A stretch of 58,018 nucleotides of DNA, counting the filler, from Stramenopiles sp. TOSAG23-6 (taxonomy: Eukaryota), in the NCBI GenBank assembly GCA_900128565.1. It is 4 parts of 4 records of this genome, joined end to end, with 100 filler letters (N's around TTAATTAATTAA, not from the genome) between each part and the next. Parts side by side here need not be neighbours in the genome. Positions count along the whole stretch, not along the records: positions 29,156 to 43,545 come from LT636140.1; positions 43,646 to 58,018 come from LT636141.1; 2 more parts are not named here. One strand, written 5' to 3'. The notes under the pieces are model-generated. The model saw only the letters and a list, made by a program, of their open reading frames with translations, did no database searches and was not told the DNA's origin. Below are positions 31,914 through 44,324 of this stretch, piece by piece (position 1 is the stretch's first letter; each line of letters starts with the position of its first letter). The position numbers and the translations under genes are program-made.

Positions 31914-32624
31914 ATGGAGGGAAGTAATGATATGGGACTATCCTGTAAAAGTGCAGATTCCGTACCTATGTGTAAAGCATGCAAACACAGACATTTTCCA
32001 GGTCAGAAGTGCCCAATATGTGGACATAATGGAAAAGGAAAAAAATATAGGAAATTTCAGAGTTTTTGTAAAACTACTGGTCCGACTCCTCTCACACTAC
32101 ATTTCAAGACGTTTGATATGTCCACTAGAGTAGAAGAACGTAATAGACTTTGGGCGTTTGCAAGAATAATAAGACGTCACGTCTTCGTCGAAGAATGTAA
32201 AATTCCAAGTAAGATAGAATTTGGCGAAATTGATAGCAATAGTCGTCATATTATGGCTTTTATTGGTGACTCGCCAGTTTCATATTTACGTTGGAGAATA
32301 ATTAGTTCCTCTGATGAGTTATTGAAAAGTTTAGGCGTGACTGGACAAAGTTTTGCTATAATTGAAAGATTATGTACATTAAGTCGTAATAGAAAAAAAG
32401 GTTTAGCTATACAAATATTTGCGCAATGTATTCAAGATATTTCTCTAATTGCAAAAGCAAATAAGTTGTCTATATCTGCAATAATATCACATAGTTCACC
32501 AGACAATACTATAGCATTACACATTTTTGAAAAGTTTAACTTTAGAAAAGTAGGTCATATCATTGAAACTGACAGAGGACTTAGGCAAACATTGCTTCTA
32601 CCACAAAATGATCTAAAAAAATAA
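31914..32624 (+). CDS. GNAT (ElaA-like) acetyltransferase with N-terminal zinc-finger-like segment
   Basis: IRRHVFVEEC, IERLCTLSRNRKKGLA, and CKACKHRH...KCPICGH. Confidence 0.75.
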   Translation: MEGSNDMGLSCKSADSVPMCKACKHRHFPGQKCPICGHNGKGKKYRKFQSFCKTTGPTPLTLHFKTFDMSTRVEERNRLWAFARIIRRHVFVEECKIPSKIEFGEIDSNSRHIMAFIGDSPVSYLRWRIISSSDELLKSLGVTGQSFAIIERLCTLSRNRKKGLAIQIFAQCIQDISLIAKANKLSISAIISHSSPDNTIALHIFEKFNFRKVGHIIETDRGLRQTLLLPQNDLKK

Positions 32625-32731
32625 TAGTATATAAAATATAAAATTAATTTTCGTTTTGATTTATTTTCTATAAAAAGAAAGACAAAAGTCCGAAATTTGG
32701 AATCATATCAAGGTGTAATTGTACATTTTTA

Positions 32732-33913
32732 CTACTTGAACCAATCATCCGCATCACCCCAACCTCCACTACCTTCAATACTTACATGTCGTCCACTACC
32801 AACAGCAGCAGAAACTTTTTTCTTTACTTCTGGCTTTTTCGTGGTTGAAACTGTAGAAGTATTTTTTTTCTCAGTTTTTGGAATGTCAGTTTTTGGAATC
32901 TCTTTTTCTGGAATCTCTTTTTCTGTTTTCTTTGTAGTTTCTTTTTTTGGATCGGACGCATTTCCATCGTCATGTATCCAACTATCCATATCATTACTAT
33001 TTGAAGTATTTTGAATATTTGGTCGGGTCTCTTCTGCAGTTGACTGAATACTTATTATTTTCTTCCTAATCGGTTTCTTTTTAATTTTTTTACGACGACT
33101 TAGAAGAGAACCTCTATTTGTAACTCTTGACTCTACTTTCCCACTTATATTGGATGATGTCATGAGGCTATACATATTCTTCTCTTTTCGATCATCTATT
33201 GATTGTGGAATTTGTGGGGGTAGTTTTAGTTCAAAAGATGGTGTTTCATTTACTTTTGGTGCAGGAGGTAGAGTTGATAATTTAGGAGATGATTTCATCG
33301 CATCAGCCAAAGAAAATGCAGAATTAGTATCTCCCCAACCACCATCATCAGACTCAACTTCAGTAGGGGCAGGATTTAGTTTTGGACTTTCAACGCTCTT
33401 TGACGAATCAGAGGAAGTCTTCCCTGATAAACCCATTTCAACCATCATTGCCATTAGTCCCATATCACCACCAACCATTGGCTTTACAACGTTTCCACTG
33501 TTTGCTGGAGATAAAGGTGGCGTCGCACATACCTGCACCAAGTCTTTTATACGTTTGCGATATTTCGCAGCAGCTCTTGAATTATATTTTGAAGTTGCCT
33601 TGCCATGTAATTCACTGAAGCCATTTTTAACAAAGAATTTTCGAGCCGCTTCATTTCCGCCAGATACCATTGCTTTTATTTCAGCAGGTTTCCATTTATC
33701 TAAATCTAAAGATCGTACAAAACTTAAGTGAACACCAAGGTTACGATGAACACCAGAACAGTCAAAGCATAAAAGTACTCCATATGTTACAGATGCCCAC
33801 GATGGATTCTTTGCCGGGCAGTCAAAGCATGTCTTATTACCACGTTTCATCTTAAGTTTACGGAATAGCGGTGCTAAGAGTTCCGGTTCAAACGCTCCTG
33901 GAGTACCTGCCAT
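32732..33913 (-). CDS. ADP-ribosylation factor GTPase-activating protein (ArfGAP2/3-like N-terminus)
   Basis: [43 protein letters not shown]. Confidence 0.92.
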   Translation of the reverse strand: MAGTPGAFEPELLAPLFRKLKMKRGNKTCFDCPAKNPSWASVTYGVLLCFDCSGVHRNLGVHLSFVRSLDLDKWKPAEIKAMVSGGNEAARKFFVKNGFSELHGKATSKYNSRAAAKYRKRIKDLVQVCATPPLSPANSGNVVKPMVGGDMGLMAMMVEMGLSGKTSSDSSKSVESPKLNPAPTEVESDDGGWGDTNSAFSLADAMKSSPKLSTLPPAPKVNETPSFELKLPPQIPQSIDDRKEKNMYSLMTSSNISGKVESRVTNRGSLLSRRKKIKKKPIRKKIISIQSTAEETRPNIQNTSNSNDMDSWIHDDGNASDPKKETTKKTEKEIPEKEIPKTDIPKTEKKNTSTVSTTKKPEVKKKVSAAVGSGRHVSIEGSGGWGDADDWFK

Positions 33914-34225
33914 TATACACAATATAATATAGATGTCACACAGAAGTGAGTGGATTGATCTCAAACTCAAAGAATATAATTATAATATTGAATTGATCTC
34001 TATAATTATGTCAACACTCAATTCTGGTAGCTAACAGACACCGGTCGTTCAGTTCCTCGTACATGTATTTATCACGAAATATCGATGTTTATTAGCGATC
34101 AGATCTGAGATCAATCAGATTCTCAATCAAATGCAATCAAATGCCAATCGCAATGCAAATTGTACGGAATTGTACGTAGTCCTATATTATAGAATCTGAT
34201 ACTTCAGATAGTCTTTCGGAGAAAT

Positions 34226-34831
34226 ATGTATTTACGATTGCGTACACAAGCTCGCCACACGTTTGCCCCAACTCTTCGTTATTTTAGTAATGGGCTTCCT
34301 GACCATGATCAATTAGTATTACCTTCTTTAAGTCCCACAATGGAGACAGGTGTAATTGCTCGTTGGAATGTTAAAGAAGGTGAGTTCATTGAGGCAGGTT
34401 CTATTATCTGTGAAGTGGAAACTGATAAAGCAACTGTTGATTATGAGTCTACTGATGATGGTTGGTTAGCTAAAATACTAAAGGGAACTGATAGTGGGGC
34501 AATGGCAGTTGGAACTGTTATTGGAATCACTGTAGAAGACGAGGAAGATATCGCTGCTTTTGGAGACTACTCTATATCTGAAGCTGTTGAAAATCCACCA
34601 ACACCATCGCATGAGGCCCCACCAACACCGATAGCAAATAATTCTTCGGTTGCTTCAACTACTGAAGTTCCTAAAAAAATACAAGCCCCACAACCAAGCG
34701 TAGCAGTTGATCCTATATGGAAGAAAAATTTAATGTCAACTCCAATAGGTACAATTCTTGCACAGCAGCAAAGGGAGTATATTGAAGAATATGGTGACTG
34801 TGGAACAGAACCTTTAGATTATAATGTTTGA
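34226..34831 (+). CDS. Mitochondrial stand-alone lipoyl-domain protein (PDH E2/E3BP-type lipoyl domain)
   Basis: LPSLSPTMETG...EVETDKAT lipoyl motif, presequence, Pro-rich linker, short C-terminus. Confidence 0.85.
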   Translation: MYLRLRTQARHTFAPTLRYFSNGLPDHDQLVLPSLSPTMETGVIARWNVKEGEFIEAGSIICEVETDKATVDYESTDDGWLAKILKGTDSGAMAVGTVIGITVEDEEDIAAFGDYSISEAVENPPTPSHEAPPTPIANNSSVASTTEVPKKIQAPQPSVAVDPIWKKNLMSTPIGTILAQQQREYIEEYGDCGTEPLDYNV

Positions 34832-34894
34832 TTCAATTAAGAAGAATGTTAATGTAGGAGTATATTTTTTTATGCTTTTGATTTCTAAATAAGT

Positions 34895-37802
34895 TTATTT
34901 AATATTATATTCCTTCAATGTATAATCAACAGCAAGAGCTACCGAATCTGGAAAATGATGCCGAAGAGGTCGACTGCTTATCATTATTTCAGTAAAGTCT
35001 AATCTGTCATACACCCACTCTGCTCTGACACCATTATACCCTTTTACTATATTTTCATCATCGAGTTTCGATTTACGATTACAACACAACTTATTTCCAT
35101 TTTTTTCTAGACTTTTATCTTTTTTTACTTCGAGTTCTTCTACATCTTGAAATGTGTGTTTCGTTGCAATGTGTAAAATTCTACCAGGCACACACATTTC
35201 ACGCGTAGAATCCATATTAAAGTGACGTGTAGAAGCCAAATACCGATTAAGTATCATTTCAGTTTTCGGCGAACTTGCGTATCCATTTTGAAATTTACAG
35301 TAATTTTTAATGTCTGCTTTCACATTGATGCTATATCTATTTCGACGAATTTTCATACTTTCAGTGGACATATTACTATGATCAACATTACTAACTTCTT
35401 TACTTTCTACATTAGCTGTTTCAATATCCAATTTGTTATCAGTGAAACTATTTGTAGAATCAAATGAATTTGGCAAATCTTTACGATCTTTTCCAGTACA
35501 CTTTCGTGACAGGCAACACCCACAACCTAGTATATCAAGTAGTAAACCAGTCTTGGATGCATTTGTTTCACATGCGACTTGTACTATATTATCTCTAAGA
35601 CTTTCTAATGAAGACAATGAAAGGCGTGGTATTATATCTTTCCCTACTATTAACGTTGTAATGAAAGTTTTTGTCCATTCTGCTATACCTTGAGTAAGTA
35701 AAGCTCCTGGGGGTGAATAAGCAATACATCTTGTGGAAGGATATTGATTTTTAAGAACTAAAGCTAATAGAGCAGCAACTCCTGCACCTAGAGAATGCCC
35801 AGTGATGACAAGTTCATAGGATTTATCTTTTGATTCACTGAATTTTGACCAGTCAAAAGATGACATCATTGTTATATTTGATTGATCAAAAACATTTGCA
35901 TTTGTCATATTTTCATCATTGTTATTCTGTACATTATCAATATTGGCATCTTCATTATATTCCAAAACATTTAATTCACACAACTTTTTCAAGAGACCAA
36001 TGTATTTTGAAAAATATTTCAAAAAAAAACTCCTTAGGTACAGAATTTCGTACGAAAAAAAATCGAATTTGAAAAAAAAATAAAACATACATGTTACGAA
36101 GTGCCTTTGAAATGAAAATAGCAGATTTCCACATACTGTGATGAACACCTTCACCTTCACCTGGAAAACCATATAAAACACCTTCTTTGTCTAAAGCATG
36201 AAATGTTTCTCTGGTCCTATTGTTATCATTTACATGTTCTGAAGAGTTTTCAGAATATTTCAATGATTTATTTTTATCAGTCATTCGATTTTCAGGTGCA
36301 ATAAAACATACATCTGTAAGTACATCTAAAAGTGATAATGTACCTCGGATAGCTATAATAATACTTTTTGTACGATGATCAACACATACATACCAATGTT
36401 TTTGTAAAAAACTATTTTCCATAGCGCTGTTGAAACATATTAAATCATTTTTATTGAGGCATGTTTGTTCTACTATTGAGGAAATGTCTAGTTTATCTAC
36501 GAGACTTAATTTATTCAATTTATTTGGTAAATTATCATTATTTCTTTCAGTATTTGGTAAATTATCATTATTTCTTTCATTATTTGGTAAATTATCATTA
36601 TTTCTTTCATTATTTGGTAAATTATCATTGTTTCTTTCATTATTTGGTAAATTATCATTATTTCTTTCATTATTTGTTTCACTTACCTTTATAGCACATG
36701 TATTCCTTTTAACAGTTGCAGTTCCGTCATTATTTGGAGTAGTATTATAAATACAACAACCACAAATATTGCAACTACGAAGATGTGAACAATCGATTCT
36801 ACCCATATCAATATACGCATGTAACAAATATCCATACGCCGCAAGTGCAAATTGCATACCCCAACCGAAATCACGAAGAACGTCAACTTCACTCTTGGTA
36901 TTATTATTATATGGCACGGAACTGCTTACACTAGACCAATATTCATTATATTTTGTAGCTTTTTTAGTTTGAATTTCAACATCATCATTATTGATACTTT
37001 CGTCACTAACAAACTCTTTAGCGACCTCATCGGCGATCTTGACTTGTTTTGTATGTTCTATTTTCAATTTTTGTATAATTTGTTTTCTTCGGAGAAGCGG
37101 TAGTGCTACAAATAAATCTGAATGTGTCAATTGTGCATCTTTGATAGGGTTGTTGTAGCGAGAAAGTTCAGAAGATAGAAATTTAGCGATGAGCGATATT
37201 TGTAAAGCTTCATTCTTATTATCATCTTGATGACATCGAAGAAATGGATTAGAACGGCAACAGCGGAAGCAGCAAAATTTGCAACAGACATTGACGCACA
37301 AACACTTACAACAACAACCACATGGACCACGACCATGCAAGGCAAATAGAAGGAATAAAACTAATAGTTGAATGAATGCTACAACTACAGATATAGCAAA
37401 CATTACGTCAAACAAAGGATCATCTGTAAAAGTAACTACGTAACCCCAATAACATGTCGTGCAAACAGTGGCAAAAAATAATACAAGGCGAATATATACA
37501 AGTGGTTGAATAATCCAGTCAGAAGAGTCATCTAATAACTTCACACGAACGCCAAAACAAAATATAATCGTGTCAACTATGAAGTTAGCAGTATATAGAG
37601 CAGCAGCAAAAAAACCTGACCAACTGTGATCTATGCTGTCAATACTCCAGTCACTTGGGTCTTCCAAAACCATAAGCTCTCGATAAACTGCCCACATAAG
37701 TAAAGCAGCGACGAAATACCAAAAGCCTGACATGGCGGCAGGTAAAGGAAGATCATCACCACTGATATTCCAACGCTTACAACATAAATTAAGCTGAGGC
37801 AT
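34895..37802 (-). CDS. sn1-diacylglycerol lipase-like (lipase class 3, N-terminal 4 TM); exons 37802-36091, 35999-34895
   Basis: IAIRGTLSLLDVLTD, GHSLGAG, AYSPPG, KDIIPRLS, HHFPD. Confidence 0.9.
36000..36090 (-). mobile_element. Introner-family intron, 91 nt, GT...AT
   Basis: AACAT|GTATGTTTTATTTT...TTTCGTACGAAATTCTGTACCTAAG...TCAAAATACAT|TGGT joins the lipase halves in frame. Confidence 0.9.
36519..36676 (-). repeat. Coding 30-bp tandem repeat (NNERNNDNLP x~5)
   Basis: TATTTGGTAAATTATCATTATTTCTTTCAT repeated on the + strand. Confidence 0.95.
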
Positions 37803-38025
37803 TCTAAATAGATTTTAGATTGAGTTTAAATACAATTGGATTCTATCGGCGCTAACAAAGCAGCAATGTCCTTTATCAAAAATTGTGTTTCAATCGCCAA
37901 TATAGTAGTTCAAAAATGGCAAAGCGCAGGAGAGGCGGAGAGATGTCTGATCTTGAGATAAGAGATTTAAAAAAATTATTTTGTTTGTGACAATTTTTCG
38001 ATTTCGATTTGTTTATTTTATCATT

Positions 38026-41000
38026 TTATAATTCGTTGTTAACAATACCAGTAGGTTTCTTATATGTTGTTCTACCAGTTGCAAGTTCAATATAATATTT
38101 ATGTCCATTACTACGACTAACCGCTGATTTCCAACCACTGGGCAAAATTTCAGCAGTTTTTGGTTGAGATTGATCAAGTGTAAGTTTTGTTTTCTCTTCT
38201 TTTACAGAATTTTTATTTTCCATTGGAATATCTTTTGTAGTTTCTACTGTACCATCATCACTGACTTTGGTATCATCACTGACTTTGGTATCATCACTGA
38301 CTTTGGTATCATCATTGACTTTGGTATCATCACTGACTTTGGTATCATCATTGACTTTGGTAATTTTAGTTTCCACGACCTCTGGAGAATGTATTTGCAA
38401 CTTATTAGTATTGTTTACAGCAATTGGAATCGTGTTTCTTATATCTGCGGCCTTTTCTGTGATATGTTTTTTATATTCTTCAATTGCATTATCTGTATAT
38501 GAAATCCCATCATTGGAAATATTTTTAATTGCATTATCTGTATCTGAAATCCCATCATTGGAAATATTTTTAGAGATTTTTGATTCTATATACTCAGATA
38601 CCTTTTCGTTATCTTCAGATATATTATTAGCAGTACCAATAGTTGATTGGACACTCACCTGGCTTATATTACTTTCACCATCACTTACAGCATCACTTCG
38701 TACATCACTTATTGCATCACTTACAGCATCACTTATTGCATCACTTTCTACATCACTCACAGCATCACTTACAACATCGCTAAGTTCACTTATAGTAGAT
38801 CTTACTTGACTTTCGTCATCAATAGCATTTCGATCAACTATTTCTGACTCAATATGTTCACTCTTCACAGTTTCAGATTTATCTTCATTAGGTTGACTAG
38901 TATCACTCATCATGCCGCTTGTACTTTGCTCCTGAAAGTCTTCTTCAGTGTGTGGCGTAATACTATTATTAAAATCTCTATTCATACTCTTATTTTGTTC
39001 TCGCTCTTCATCGCATATAGAACGAACGCTTGAAGCAACATCCAAACTCCATTTTGACGAAGTAACACTAGCATCATCTTTATATTTAGATGGTAATGTG
39101 TTATTGGTATTTGATCCTAGATGCCATTTAATTCCGTTATCACTATTACAATTATCGACAGGTGAAATATCTAACCATAAAGGTAAAGTACCATCAGATG
39201 AAATTCCTAACTTATTACCATAGGGTGTTTCCAACAATTGAAGCAAATATTGATGTAGTGTCGCAGATCTTGGTTGTTCAGTTTCAAGCAATTTGAGTAG
39301 GGTAGCCACTGCATCTTTCATTTCACCCAATGCATTTAACTTTTCATCTACACGTATTTTTTCATCATTTTTCATCTCAAAATAGCAAGGTTTTTCTAAT
39401 GTTGAAAACATATTCATTTCTGTCATAGATCTACGAAATGATGTTAATGATTCGTTATCGTGTTCATTATCAGATGAATTTGCACCACTCTCAGCAATTT
39501 GAAAAAGAACCTGCAAAGCGGTATAGGCTGTTGTCTCTTCTTCCTTAAGTTCACTTAACCAGTCATGCATTTTATCATTAATATTATTTTCATTTTTATC
39601 TTTTAGAAAACGACTTTTAGAATTTTCGTCTCCTTTAAATACTTTTCTTGGTGATGATGATTTATGGGTATAATTGTTAAGCACTTGGCCTTTATTTTCA
39701 TCTCGTACAATCGTTATGTCACCATTTCCAGTGCCAAAAACAGTAGCATGTTGTATTTTGCGATCTTCTCTTTCTTGGTACATTTTCCGAAGTCCTGCAA
39801 TTTCCGCATTGTGACCCTGAATCAATTTCAACGAATTAACTTGCATTTCATACATTTTTTTTATTGTCTCCTGAAGACCACTATTTTCTACTGTATCATC
39901 CAACATAAAAGTAGAATTGGTTTTACTTTTACTTTGAATTTTACATGAAGTGTCTAAAGTATTTAAATTTTTCGGAGTTGATAATGCTGATTTAGGTGTT
40001 TTTACATTTTGATCAACTTCACTATCAATTGTATCGTTATAATATTTATGCTGATACCTATTTTCTTTGGTTAGTGTATTTCTTCGCTTGGCTCTCTGTG
40101 ACGGGTAGTAATTAGACCCAAATCCTTCTTTTGGGGATCCAACGATATTTTTCTCATATACCCTTTTCGAAATTCCTCTTGAAGGTTTCTGGTTGGCACC
40201 CCATAGAGATTGTTTGTACTTTTTACGACTTCGTTTTGGTTGACTTAATTGAGCCATTGCTTTAGCTTGTTCATGTGGATTTCTATAACGATTACTACTG
40301 TGTTGATTACTTTCTTTTTTTGGGGTTGGAGAATAATACTTAGCATACTTTTGGGGAGAATGACCATTACTAATGTCGTTTTCATTAGATCGCCATTCAT
40401 ATGTAAAATCTCCACTACAATTAGATTCTGATACACCATTAGTTGTATTGTCATTGTTTTCAAAAGAAGTTATATATTCGTTGGACGAAACAACCCCATT
40501 TTGGTATATGCTTCCACTAATATCTCGCCCTCGACCAAAAGCATCAAATGATTGCAGATCAACATATTTAGGAGATTTATTACTATCAGGTGTTTGAACT
40601 CTATCGGAATACTTTTTATACGGGGTATTTGGTTTTGAAGGAACATATCTGAAAATAGTAACTGCCAAAGTAATAGTTTTTTTGACCTCAGATGAAATGC
40701 ACTCGTGTAATGTTATATGATGAAGATGTTTATTCTTTTCATTTTCACTGAAATGTGGCGAAAGTAAGGTGTTAGCAGCATTTTCTTTATCATCACCATA
40801 TCCTTTATGTCTTTTTGTTTTATCTTCATTCAAAGATTTTACAGTTGAAATTAATTCATTTACAGAAATTACACCTCTACCAATAAGAGAGTCGCCATTA
40901 AAAGTATTTTCATCCCAAACTGATACCACAAATACATTATCGTCGCACTTTTGAGTTTTTATTTCATTACATTCATTATTCTGATTAATTTTGTCAGATA

Positions 41001-43545
41001 CTGACCGTGTAATAATAACTTCACCTATATTAAGTTCGTTTGAATCTAGTGAACTCCAGACTGGTCTTGATGTACTTGATATTGTATCCGTGCGCATATC
41101 TAAATACCTCTGGCTTTCAGGAATAGAAACGTTGTAAGAATTTACTTTGACATTTCCTTCCCCTGCTAGTTGTGATGTTTTTGATGGACTGTACTTAATA
41201 TGAACATAAGAATTACATAATTTCCCGTCGAAACGGGAAATATTTATTCCTTTGATTACTTGTACTTGGAAAATCAAATCAATATTTTTCACTTCTTGTA
41301 TTAAATGATGTCGATCATTAAAGCTTTGCTTATTGTATATAAATGATTTACTTCCATGAATGTGTTGAATAGTACTACTATTCAATTTACTCAAAGTTTT
41401 CTTCTTTTCTATTCTTTTTTTTTCTTCTTTTTTTCGTGCTTCAATATTACGTTTTTGTCTATTATAAGCAAATGATGCCGGTAAAGGATTTTTATCTAAA
41501 GTATGCAATTTTGGACAGATGTGAATGAGAGCAGGTCTGTAATTACGTAAATTTGATATTGGATTCCCTTCTAATTGAAGATGTCTCAATCCCGTGACTA
41601 ATGATATTGATCGCAAAGCAAATCCATTTAATATTTTATTACTCCTCAAATCTAAATCTGTTAATCTTGTAAGGGCATTTAAGTGATCTGGAAAACGTAT
41701 TCTATTATGAGATACTAGTAACTTCGTTAATGATGCACATTTACTTAGTCCTTCCAGGGAAGTCAAGCGATTGTGTGATAAGTTCAATTTTCTTAAGGAA
41801 GGCATAGTTTGAAATACATTTAAATTTTCTATATTTGATATATAGTTATGTGAGACATCTAATTCACGAAGACTATTTAAATGGGGTAAAGCAAGAGTCG
41901 ATGAATTGATAGATTCAATGTTATTATGGGAAAGATCTAAAAATACAATACAAGCAGTATTGTTCCATTCAAGTCCTGCTCTAGACAGACTTACTAATTG
42001 TCTACCACTTAATCGCAATGTTTGATTTTCAATTATTTCATTTTGCGGAATTCCATTTGAATCGAACAAATTTTCTTGTTTCGAAAGAGATTTTAGTGAT
42101 TCTGGATTAGATTCATTTAAAGCACTTTCTACATCATCTTCGGATTGGTCAGCATTATCCTCAATTTTTGTATTTTGTAATGGATGTAATGTTTCATCTA
42201 CTTGTTGCCGTAATTGATTATTGTGATTCATACTATTTATGCAAAAATTATGGAATGTACTTGAATTAACATCATCAGCATCAGCTGAAAACCAGAAGTT
42301 CACCTCCGCATTAATTGTCGACAGATGTTTTGGACGATTTCCATACTTTACAATATTTACGCGTCTACTTATAGGTGTTGTAACATGAATTGGTATGTTA
42401 TCATTGTCACGATTAAACTTTAAAAAATTCCATTCTTCAAGAATAGATTTCAAACCAATACGCGCTATATATCCTTCTGCATTGGGGGTAACTATTTCCT
42501 CTGGATCTTCAATAATTGTGGTTACTTTTGGTTGTGGAATTAGTGAAATTGATATATGCTCATTGCCGTCAAAATAGCTATCAAACTGAAACTCTACTAT
42601 ACTTTTGGAATCTTTACGAATATCTATGTCACGTTTTTGTCCATTAAAATGAAGAACACATTGATTCTGAAATAATTGATCCACGGTCTCATTTTTGTGT
42701 ATGGTTGGAATAATGTTAATACAAACTACGTGAATTGCCATTAATACAGGTATGTCTTCTTTTTTCGTTTTATTGTCACCATGAGAAGCTTCATCTATTT
42801 CAGAAATGTCGGATGAAATACCGAAAGTGTCTGTGTATACTGTATCCTCTGTGTTTTGCGAATGTACAAGCGACTTTGCTGATTTTGATCTAATCTTCTT
42901 TTTTCGGGACTTCTTTGAAGATTTTCGCTTTTTCATTACAACGTTTTTGCTTCAAGCGTTCGTTCTATATGCGATGAAGAGCGAGAACAAAATAAGAGTA
43001 TAGTCCTGTGAGTCTACTGTATTTGAATGATCACTATTTTTTGCAAAATTTTCTTCTTTAGAAGCGTTGGAGTTTGGATTTTCGCTTTCTTGACTGAAAG
43101 TATTCGTATCAGTGCTACTACTTTCATAATTACTTTGTACATTTTCTGTAATAACTTCTTCTTTCATTGTGCTCTTTGTATCCATATCTTGATGACTAAT
43201 ACTTTTATCATTACTTTGTACATTTTCTATAATAGGTTCTTCTTTTATGTTTGTTTCAACATCTATAGAATTTGAGACGTCATTTGGTATTACAATACTA
43301 TCAACATTATCTTCCACAATACTATCAACATTATCTTCCACAATACTATCAACATTATCTTCCACACCAATGATACTATTTTTATACTCGGCAATAATGT
43401 CATTTTCAATTCCACCGACAGCTTCTTCTTCAGTGTATTCTATCTCTTTATTTACTTCATCACTAGAAGGAATTTTGCTTAAGACTACAAGTGCATCAGG
43501 CGATGCTTTTGGTGTTTCATATTCATCATCTTCAAGTTTATGCAT
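38026..43545 (-). CDS. Large LRR + C2 + WW domain protein (5' partial; one in-frame TGA inside an inverted 55-bp insert)
   Basis: LRRs (LDLSHNNI, LNLSHNRL, LEGNPI), C2 (VSVWDENTFNGDSLIG), WW (LPSGWKSAVSRSNGHKYY). ORFs 43545-42952 and 42936-38026 share a frame. Confidence 0.8.
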
Positions 43546-43645
43546 NNNNNNNNNNNNNNNNNNNNNNNNNNNNNNNNNNNNNNNNNNNNTTAATTAATTA
43601 ANNNNNNNNNNNNNNNNNNNNNNNNNNNNNNNNNNNNNNNNNNNN
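43546..43645. other. Artificial contig linker
   Basis: N-TTAATTAATTAA-N. Confidence 0.98.
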
Positions 43646-44324
43646 AGTTTCCTGAAGAAAAGAAATGTGATATCAATAGAAGTCCCTTGGGAAAATACAC
43701 AAATATTAATGATACTACTTGCGTTCAAGATACGCGAAAAATATTTATAAAATCTCGAACAAATTTTGAAAATTTTGAAATTTTGGATTTCTGAATTTTG
43801 AAAAATTTGAAAAATTTGAAGAAACTCCATCATATGGAAAGACCACAGGAAATAAAACATTTCAGACAGGTCCAACCAATGTCTATTTGGCCTAAATTGA
43901 TAGAATTTATTATTACAAATATGGAGACCAAGGAAAATGAAAAGAATATAATACAATTATAAAAGTAAAAAAAGTAAAAAAAGTAGCAATATATGAATAA
44001 AAATATATCTTTGTTAATTTTCTTTATTGTTATATGATTGAATTTGTAGGACCCAGTGTATAACTGAATTCTTCTTTGTTGGATGATAATCTTTGTTTTG
44101 TAAGTTTTTCTCCTTCAAATGTAAAATGTGATGTTGAAATACAATCCAATTTTAATTTAGCACATAATAATTCTGCAAAGTTTACACATTTATGTAAACT
44201 TTGTTTTGTGTATAATGTCCTTGCTGGCCAAGATTGTTACCAGTGGGGAATAGTTGTAAATGCCCATAACATGATATGCCTTGACTTGTCTGTCATAATA
44301 AATCTCCAACTGAGTTTATTACTT

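Noticed and set aside
36519-36676. CRISPR-like array
   Set aside because: Spacerless 30-bp coding tandem repeat in a eukaryotic gene. The repeats near 38270-38360 and 43290-43365 are likewise coding microrepeats.
42952-42954. TGA readthrough, selenocysteine or alternative genetic code
   Set aside because: The stop lies in the inverted 55-bp copy, and TGA, TAA and TAG all terminate normal genes in the window.
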